A DNA stretch of 64,000 nucleotides from an uncultured Gammaproteobacteria bacterium (GTDB lineage: Bacteria; Patescibacteriota; Microgenomatia; UBA8517): positions 26,041 to 90,040 of the forward strand of contig CAYMZX010000006.1 in assembly GCA_964395115.1 (NCBI GenBank). Direction: 5' to 3'. Position 1 is the first letter of the stretch. The number at the start of each line of letters is the position of its first letter. A program made the position numbers and the translations under genes. Below, piece after piece: positions 30,859 to 36,786 of the stretch. The notes under the pieces are model-generated. The model saw only the letters and a list, made by a program, of their open reading frames with translations. It was not told where the DNA came from and searched no databases.

Positions 30859-30868
30859 AAAAACAGTT

Positions 30869-30942
30869 GGTCGCTTAGCTCAGCCGGTTAGAGCGTGCGG
30901 TTTACATCCGCAAGGTCGCAGGTTCGATTCCTGCAGCGACCA
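30869..30942 (+). tRNA. tRNA-Val (TAC)
   Basis: Acceptor GGTCGCT/AGCGACC, anticodon loop TTTACAT. Confidence 0.85.
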
Positions 30943-30947
30943 CAAAT

Positions 30948-31020
30948 GCTGGGATAGCCAAGGTGGTCACGGCGGGCGCCTGAAGAGCGTCAGATGTGTG
31001 TTCGACTCACACTCCCAGCA
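30948..31020 (+). tRNA. tRNA-Phe (GAA)
   Basis: Acceptor GCTGGGA/TCCCAGC, anticodon loop CTGAAGA, T-loop TTCGACT. Confidence 0.75.
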
Positions 31021-31025
31021 CCTAA

Positions 31026-31097
31026 GCGGGCGTAGTTTACCGGCAAAACGCTTCCTTGCCAAGGAAGAGAAAGTGGGTTCAATTCCCATCGCCCGCT
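31026..31097 (+). tRNA. tRNA-Gly (GCC)
   Basis: Acceptor GCGGGCG/CGCCCGC, anticodon loop TTGCCAA. Confidence 0.85.
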
Positions 31098-31101
31098 CTG
31101 C

Positions 31102-31175
31102 GCCCCCGTAGCTCAATTGGACAGAGCATATCGGTTCTAACGATGCGGTTGAGCGTTCGAGTCGCTCCGGGGGCA
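31102..31175 (+). tRNA. tRNA-Arg (TCT)
   Basis: Acceptor GCCCCCG/CGGGGGC, anticodon loop GTTCTAA, T-loop TTCGAGT. Confidence 0.8.
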
Positions 31176-31179
31176 CTTG

Positions 31180-31226
31180 GGGCCTGTAGCTTAACGGTAG
31201 AGCGATTAACTCTTTAGATTGAAAAT
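31180..31226 (+). pseudogene. Truncated tRNA-like 5' fragment (acceptor + D-arm + anticodon-loop-like CTCTTTA), homologous to the 5' half of the following tRNA-Lys. No 3' half.
   Basis: GGGCCTGTAGCTTAACGGTAGAGCG aligns with GGGCCGCTAGCTCAACGGTAGAGCG. No T-arm or 3' acceptor strand was found downstream. Confidence 0.45.
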
Positions 31227-31317
31227 GGGCCGCTAGCTCAACGGTAGAGCGGCGCCCTCTTAAGGCGACGGTTCCGAGTTCGAATCTCGGGCGGCTCACA
31301 GAAGCCCATTTTCAATC
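31217..31317 (+). repeat. 14-bp perfect inverted repeat GATTGAAAATGGGC / GCCCATTTTCAATC (31217-31230 and 31304-31317) bracketing tRNA-Lys(CTT)
   Basis: Exact reverse complement. The last 4 nt of the left arm are the first 4 nt of the tRNA. Confidence 0.8.
31227..31298 (+). tRNA. tRNA-Lys (CTT). The anticodon stem has one G.A mismatch.
   Basis: Acceptor GGGCCGC/GCGGCTC (one GU pair), D-arm GCTC/GAGC, anticodon loop CTCTTAA, T-arm CCGAG-TTCGAAT-CTCGG. Confidence 0.6.
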
Positions 31318-31410
31318 GCACGCTTCAGCGGGTAGGAAGCGGTTGTTAGTCTCTCCAAATTCTTGACTTCGCTTCCTTTGATGTGGCATGCTATTGAAGG
31401 ATCGGTATAA

Positions 31411-32049
31411 ATGGACTTGCCTTCACATATTATTGAAGAAGGGGCATTTTCTTTTTGGAAAAATTTATTGATGGTATTTATTTTTTTTACCATCACCCCC
31501 ATCGTAATCGGGACTAGTCTATTTGCACTTGTTTTACTTAATGATTCCCCGAAAGCAGAGTCGGATTCTGCAAGTATGCAGTTAAATGTTTATTCGAAAT
31601 CCGGAGTTAGAATATTTGCCTCATTGCCAACGTCTGTTCCTTCCATTGGCGATAAAATAGAGTCGGCCGATGCCCGAGCTGAACTTATCAGACAATACTT
31701 AGCTGACTTCAACTCCCCGCTAGAACCTTATGCTTATTTAATAGTCGCCGCCGCAGATAAATACAAACTGGATTTTCGCTTAACTACCGCTATCGCGCAA
31801 AAAGAATCTAATCTCTGCAAAGTTATTCCCCCAGGGAGTTTTAATTGCTGGGGATGGGGAATTCATAGCCAGGGAACTTTGGGTTTTGATTCTTTCGAAG
31901 AAGGAATTGAAGTAGTTTCGCGAGGGTTACGGGAAGAATATTTAAATAAAGGATATCTAACGATCGAGGAAATAATGTCTAAATATACTCCCTTGTCCAA
32001 GGGCTCCTGGGCTTCGGGAGTTACAAAATTCATGAACGATATACAATAA
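31411..32049 (+). CDS. Membrane-anchored putative peptidoglycan hydrolase (glucosaminidase/lysozyme-like); paralog of 32926-33501
   Basis: N-terminal TM helix. Shares the motifs SPLEPYAY..AAD.YKLD.RL..AI..ES and NCWGWG with its paralog, with weak resemblance to the FlgJ-type glucosaminidase domain. The start codon is uncertain. Confidence 0.4.
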   Translation: MDLPSHIIEEGAFSFWKNLLMVFIFFTITPIVIGTSLFALVLLNDSPKAESDSASMQLNVYSKSGVRIFASLPTSVPSIGDKIESADARAELIRQYLADFNSPLEPYAYLIVAAADKYKLDFRLTTAIAQKESNLCKVIPPGSFNCWGWGIHSQGTLGFDSFEEGIEVVSRGLREEYLNKGYLTIEEIMSKYTPLSKGSWASGVTKFMNDIQ

Positions 32050-32092
32050 ATTTTGCCTTCTTATGGACTTAATGATATCCTGATCAGACTTA

Positions 32093-32875
32093 ATGAGTGC
32101 ACACTATGATACATATGATTACCCGACTTACTGGGAAGGTCGCGATTATGAACACCGGTCAGAAATTATCGCCATAAAATCCTTCTTGGATCGCATACCC
32201 AAGACAGATCGACTACTCGAAATTGGGGCCGGCTATGGCAGATTAATACCTGTTTATATCTATCGGGCCAAAAGAGTGATAATTACTGACCCCTCGGCAA
32301 AACTTTTGTGTCTGGCTAGAAGGAAGTTCGCAGGTCAGAAAAAAATAAAAATAATTCAGTCCACCGCTGAAAATTTGGGCAAAAAAATTTCGTCGAAATC
32401 CGTAGATTTAATAATAGTCGTCAGGGTTTTGCACCATATTCAAAATCTCGATCATTTCTTTCGCCTGGTCTATAAATTGCTGAAACCAGGCGGTTACCTT
32501 ATTTTAGAATTTCCAAACAAGGTTCATCTTAAGGCTACTATCAGAGAATTCGCAAGTGGTAATTTTACATATCCGCTGGAAATTTTTACGAAGAATTTTG
32601 CTGAAAAAAAACGGAAGAAAAAGTTTATTCCTTTCCAAAATTTTCACCCGGACTTGATAAGACATAAATTAAAAGAATCCTCTTTTATAATTATGGAAGG
32701 ACGTTCTGTTTCTAATATAAGAATTCCCATAATTAAGAAGATCATTCCTGTTGATTTCCTTTTGTTTTTGGAAAAATATCTCCAAAAACCTCTTTATTTC
32801 ATTGGATTTGGGCCATCGATTTTTTTACTGGCCAGAAAAAGAGGAAATAATTCTAAAGTCTTGACAACCCTATAA
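32093..32875 (+). CDS. Class I SAM-dependent methyltransferase
   Basis: Motif I LLEIGAGYGRL, plus post-I acidic and motif II/III spacing. Confidence 0.7.
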   Translation: MSAHYDTYDYPTYWEGRDYEHRSEIIAIKSFLDRIPKTDRLLEIGAGYGRLIPVYIYRAKRVIITDPSAKLLCLARRKFAGQKKIKIIQSTAENLGKKISSKSVDLIIVVRVLHHIQNLDHFFRLVYKLLKPGGYLILEFPNKVHLKATIREFASGNFTYPLEIFTKNFAEKKRKKKFIPFQNFHPDLIRHKLKESSFIIMEGRSVSNIRIPIIKKIIPVDFLLFLEKYLQKPLYFIGFGPSIFLLARKRGNNSKVLTTL

Positions 32876-32925
32876 CTTTGTGCTATAGTATCGCCAGATC
32901 CTAAGGCAAGCAAGCTTTTAGCTTC

Positions 32926-33501
32926 GTGAGCGTTAGGATTTTTTCTTGGGGGTCGCCTAACGGCGACCCTCTTTTTTGTCCGTCTATGAAAAACCTGTTA
33001 CTTGCTTTTATATTTGGATTACTTTTTTTTAGGTTCGCCAGTCCTGTTCTGGCTGAGCCGATAGTCGCCGAATCCTCGGCTATTACCCAAAAAAACACAA
33101 TCCCGAAGGATATACGGGTTAAAATTCTTCAGACTTTTTTAAGAAAACAAAATTCTCCATTAGCCGAATACGCTTATGAATTCATTCTAGTGGCAGATCG
33201 CTACAAACTTGATTGGAGATTAGTACCGGCAATTTCAGGAGTTGAGTCAACGTTCGGGAAAAAAATCCCGGCTAACTCATATAATGCCTATGGTTGGGCA
33301 AATGGCAACTATAGTTTCCAATCGTGGAAGGATTCTATAGAAATCGTTTCCAGGAAACTTAAAAATAACTACATTAACAAAGGCGCCGGTTCGATTGCAA
33401 AAATTGGTAAAATATATGCGCCACCGAGTCACACATGGGTAAAAAAGGTAAAATATTTTATGAGAAAAATAGAACCAATTCCTGTTGAGTTTACCATCTA
33501 A
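32926..33501 (+). CDS. Secreted putative peptidoglycan hydrolase (glucosaminidase-like), paralog of 31411-32049
   Basis: Signal peptide. Shares SPLAEYAY...ADRYKLDWRL..AISGVEST and NAYGWANG with its paralog. Confidence 0.4.
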   Translation: MSVRIFSWGSPNGDPLFCPSMKNLLLAFIFGLLFFRFASPVLAEPIVAESSAITQKNTIPKDIRVKILQTFLRKQNSPLAEYAYEFILVADRYKLDWRLVPAISGVESTFGKKIPANSYNAYGWANGNYSFQSWKDSIEIVSRKLKNNYINKGAGSIAKIGKIYAPPSHTWVKKVKYFMRKIEPIPVEFTI

Positions 33502-33522
33502 GTGGTAAAATAAGAGTTAACT

Positions 33523-33608
33523 GCCGAGGTGGCGAAATGGTAGACGCGCATGGTTTAGGACCATGTCCACATTAAATGTGGGTGGGGGTTCGAATCCCTT
33601 CCTCGGCA
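33523..33608 (+). tRNA. tRNA-Leu (TAG), type II
   Basis: Acceptor GCCGAGG/CCTCGGC+A, anticodon stem CATGG/CCATG with loop TTTAGGA, T-loop TTCGAAT. Confidence 0.85.
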
Positions 33609-33778
33609 CACGAAAGTATCAGATGGGTATGCGCGAGCCGCGAATGGACGCGCGACGAGCGCATCGTGCGGTGGATTCGGGCAAAATTCAATCCGTTTAT
33701 TCTGCAGTAAGAAGTTCGAGCCGACCTTTTTTGCGATGACTGAAAGTTCATCGCAATTATTTTTTCTGCGCACAATTT
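33609..33778 (+). repeat. 170-bp repeat, copy 1, starting immediately after the tRNA-Leu(TAG) discriminator base
   Basis: Near-identical to 38105-38274 (reverse complement). Its first ~100 nt also occur at 36655-36755. Confidence 0.85.
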
Positions 33779-34370
33779 AACTGGCTTCGCCAGCTTTAGC
33801 CCGCTTTGCGGGCACTTCTTCCTCCCCAAGCTTTGATACTATATCACACTTGTATGCATCCTCATCCAAAATCGGATCCCAGAGATGATCCTTATCAGGA
33901 ACAATATGGATATGGAAATGATCCGGCCTTACTGTTCCAGAAACTGGATCAAAGCGATCAGCTCTAAATCTCCAAAAATGAACGATCTTTTTAACATCGG
34001 AGCCATCTGCTCGCTTTAGTTTTGCGTCAAGCATTTTTCGCTTAACATGAGAAAGAACATCAAGAAGCTCGGCATTTTCTTTATAGGTTTGCTCATCAAA
34101 TTCAACAAAGTGCCTTTTTGAAATGACCATAGTATGCCACCACCAATACGGGGCAAGATTAGCTATCCAAACACAATGCTGAAACTCCTTCAGTACAATT
34201 TGATATTTATTCCAATGACAAAAGGTGCAGACGTCCTTTGGGATGCTCGGAATAAAAACCTTATCATACTCCTCACGGCTGAGAAGCCTTGTAGGAGGAG
34301 TTTCTACTTTCTCCAACTTTTTTGGGTTGTCTTTTTGCATAATTAACCATATTTTAGCACGAAGTGCCAA
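33777..34370 (-). CDS. HIT-family nucleotide hydrolase/transferase with an N-terminal CxxC (GalT/Ap4A-phosphorylase-like branch)
   Basis: Histidine triad DHFHIHIVP and an upstream CTFCHW. Paralog of 35973-36443. The start may be the internal MQKDNP. Confidence 0.65.
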   Translation of the reverse strand: MALRAKIWLIMQKDNPKKLEKVETPPTRLLSREEYDKVFIPSIPKDVCTFCHWNKYQIVLKEFQHCVWIANLAPYWWWHTMVISKRHFVEFDEQTYKENAELLDVLSHVKRKMLDAKLKRADGSDVKKIVHFWRFRADRFDPVSGTVRPDHFHIHIVPDKDHLWDPILDEDAYKCDIVSKLGEEEVPAKRAKAGEAS

Positions 34371-34377
34371 GCTTCGC

Positions 34378-34954
34378 TTACAACTCGACCTCTATTACTT
34401 GCAAATTATCCCATTTTAATTTTCTTAGCACATCAAAAATTAGTTGAGGGTACTCTGTCCAGGGAACATCCGCAACTTTCAAAAGAAAATGCCTAAAAAA
34501 GGTGCCATGCCCAACAATAGCGATCTTTTGATATTTCTTTGTTTTTTTCTCCTTGAGCAAAAATTGATAAAGCCTTTCAACTCTATTAGCAACAGAAGCA
34601 AAAGACTCTCCCCCCTTTAGGCTCCCAATATATATTCATCTTGTCTTTTTTGTGTTTGACTTCCCAAAAATCCGTTGCAAATTTCCTTGGCTTGCCGATG
34701 ATTTCTTTTGGAGTCCCATATTCTTTTATGAAATTAAGAATCTTGTAATTTTCTTTTCCGAAAATTAAATCTGCAGTCTCTTTAGCCCTCTGCATGGGAG
34801 AACAAAAAACAAAGTCTACTTCTCCAATCTTATTCTTGACTTGTTCCACTTTATCTAAAGTTTCAGAGTCTATAACAATCGGAGTTACATGTCTTTGAGT
34901 TAGCAGATCTTCCGCATCTCTTGTTCTTGCGTGCCTGATGAGATAGATTTTCAT
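34378..34954 (-). pseudogene. Histidine phosphatase (phosphoglycerate-mutase family) gene split by a frameshift in a C7/G7 homopolymer (34610-34616)
   Basis: The N-terminal ORF (LIRHARTRD, catalytic RHG) and the C-terminal ORF (IVGHGTFFRHFL) are in different frames. A 1-nt shift in the G7 run gives the continuous ...EPKGGESFASVANRVERLYQFL... Confidence 0.7.
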
Positions 34955-35352
34955 TAGCCAGTTTGTCCTAATCTTGGCCTCCTACCGGTACTGCCTAGAT
35001 AACTAAAATCTCTGTAAAACCTTCGCAAACTGCCTCCTTCGTCTCTTATCCCCGGTCTTACATTTCTTAGTAACTCTGCTACCTCCGGTTTTCGGGCATA
35101 CTCGACAACTTCCTCCCAATTTACTGGGGTACTGATTAGTGGGTACTGAGGATTTACCCCATCTACAAAAATTACAGAAATTTGTTCTCCCAAGCGTCTT
35201 GCCAAAGCACATCTATGTAATCCATCCACTATTGCCGGTACACCATCGCTTATTTCGATAACTGGTGGTGCAACAGTATATTTTAAGTTATAGTAAATGT
35301 GGTCGAGTTTAAAAATATCAACACCATCCTCGCTTAATATATCTTCACGCAT
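34954..35352 (-). CDS. ParB/sulfiredoxin-fold (ParB-like nuclease domain) protein
   Basis: IVDGLHRCALARRLG resembles the ParB N-terminal DGxHR...LG motif. 132 aa; its stop is adjacent to the start of the next gene. Confidence 0.45.
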   Translation of the reverse strand: MREDILSEDGVDIFKLDHIYYNLKYTVAPPVIEISDGVPAIVDGLHRCALARRLGEQISVIFVDGVNPQYPLISTPVNWEEVVEYARKPEVAELLRNVRPGIRDEGGSLRRFYRDFSYLGSTGRRPRLGQTG

Positions 35353-35560
35353 CGAGGCTACAAATTGAAGGTTACTTGTTAGAACATATTTCGCGATTGG
35401 ATATAAATCGTTTGGGTCAAATGTTCTTATTGATATCTCTGCGCTTCTGTAAAGCGAACCCTGCCATCTAAGGTTCTAGTGTCACGAACAGCCTCTAATA
35501 GTTGTAACTTTGGCTCGGTTTCTAGTTCGAATATCGCTTCATTCATTCTTTCTATATTGG

Positions 35561-35923
35561 TTATAAGAAGTATTTAGAGATATCAGTCCAGTTAGTAAAT
35601 CTCAGAGCCCTATCATCAATGTAAACCAAAGCATTGGGCTTTACGGCTGTTATATCGTGATAATGCTTATTTAGTTCGAATCCATTTTCCGATAGCCATT
35701 TAGTCATTTTATTTTTCTCAAGGTTTGTATCCTCATTCACCTCTGGGTTTAGTCGGATTGTAAAGATTACTACCTTATAACCTTTCTCAACCATTCTTTC
35801 CATTTGATCCCTAGCTCCTTTCATCGGAGGATCATAAATGGAACCGTCCTGCCAACCTTTGCTGTATCGATGGATCACACCATCAAAATCAATACAAATA
35901 GCTTTTTGCTTCATGATAGTCAA
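35561..35923 (-). CDS. Small HAD-superfamily phosphatase (5' nucleotidase / PNK 3'-phosphatase-like)
   Basis: Motif I ICIDFDGVI (DxDG), motif III K, and a C-terminal YIDDR acidic motif. Confidence 0.45.
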   Translation of the reverse strand: MTIMKQKAICIDFDGVIHRYSKGWQDGSIYDPPMKGARDQMERMVEKGYKVVIFTIRLNPEVNEDTNLEKNKMTKWLSENGFELNKHYHDITAVKPNALVYIDDRALRFTNWTDISKYFL

Positions 35924-35972
35924 AGTATATCAAAAACTTGTAAAAATTGACAACAAACGAACGCGGTTGGTT

Positions 35973-36443
35973 TTATTGGAGCAAACCCAATATCTTCTTT
36001 TTAAGCTCATTAGGAGACATGCGAACTGTATGGATGTTGGCAATAAAACCCGCAAAGCCGTTTATCGGTTGGTGGTGAACTCTGGGGATTATTTGCCAGT
36101 GAAGATGTTTCACAGATGAACCAGATTCTGGGCCAACATTGAAGCCGATGTTAAAGGATTTTGTGTCAAAGATTTTTAAAAGAATTGTTTTTGTCTGTTC
36201 AGTCAGTCCCTGAAGTTCTCCCCACTCGTTTTTGTTAAGATCTGATGTATCTTCAGCGTGGCGTTTTAATACCAACATCAAGTTCCCATCGAAAATGGGG
36301 TATTGATTGACAAAAATCATCCAGCTTTTCCCTTCCAGAGGTTTGATATTTTGTTTCTCGATTATTTGTCTGTCACAAAAGGGGCAATTTTTATTGTGGT
36401 AGTTGTGATTGTATTTTAATCTGTATGGATTATAAACTTTCAT
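35973..36443 (-). CDS. HIT-family protein with an N-terminal CxxC (HxHxQ variant)
   Basis: CPFCDR and KHLHWQIIPR. Paralogous to 33777-34370. Confidence 0.7.
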   Translation of the reverse strand: MKVYNPYRLKYNHNYHNKNCPFCDRQIIEKQNIKPLEGKSWMIFVNQYPIFDGNLMLVLKRHAEDTSDLNKNEWGELQGLTEQTKTILLKIFDTKSFNIGFNVGPESGSSVKHLHWQIIPRVHHQPINGFAGFIANIHTVRMSPNELKKKILGLLQ

Positions 36444-36537
36444 AGCGTCAATTCAATAATGCTTAAGAATATCATAATTTGCTATACTGAAAACATATTT
36501 AAAATTTTTGCCTTTTTATTTCTGCCTAGAGGTGGTG

Positions 36538-36755
36538 TTCGAGCCGACTTTTTTTGCGATGCCATCAGGACGAGCTAGAAATGGTGCGGCTGTCTGTAGC
36601 GGGCGGCAGCCGCTCCGCTTTGAAATACGTTCGAATTTGAACATATACAGAGCACACGAAAGTATCAGATGGGTATGCGCGAGCCGCGACAGGCCGCGCG
36701 GCGAGCGCATCGTGCGGTGGATTCGGGCAAAATTCAATCCGTTTATCTGAATAAG
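36538..36755 (+). repeat. Permuted copy 2 of the 170-bp repeat: distal segment (36538-36563), ~90 nt unique with palindromes, then proximal 100-nt segment (36655-36755)
   Basis: String matches to copy 1: gttcgagccgac(c)tttttgcgatg and cacgaaagtatcag...caatccgtttat. Confidence 0.75.
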
Positions 36756-36786
36756 AAAAACTAAAAACGCAAAAATTTTAAACACC

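Noticed and set aside
31176-31320. tRNA-Lys region interpreted as a single intron-containing tRNA (group I or archaeal BHB-type intron holding a nested tRNA)
   Set aside because: No 3' exon (T-arm or complementary acceptor strand) for the outer 5' fragment could be found downstream of the inverted repeat. The outer anticodon stem does not pair. I interpret it as a truncated duplicate plus palindrome.
30486-31502. ORFs 30486-30776(-), 30590-30838(-), 30833-31111(+), 30967-31299(-) and 31296-31502(-) overlapping the tRNA array
   Set aside because: GC-rich tRNA sequence stays open by chance. Every one overlaps one or more well-formed tRNA genes.
33555-33829. ORFs 33555-33773(-) and 33572-33829(-), and likewise 36508-36750(+), 36516-36788(-) and 38096-38389(+), encoding similar peptides (…INGLNFARIHRTMRS…)
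   Set aside because: They are translations of the 170-bp repeat in different copies and strands. The same DNA gives ORFs on both strands. They overlap tRNAs and have no RBS or start context. I treat them as non-coding repeat sequence.
34134-34419. ORFs 34134-34346(+) and 34225-34419(+) opposite the HIT gene, and 35838-36119(+) opposite the HAD/HIT genes
   Set aside because: They are antisense to motif-bearing genes, with no independent support.
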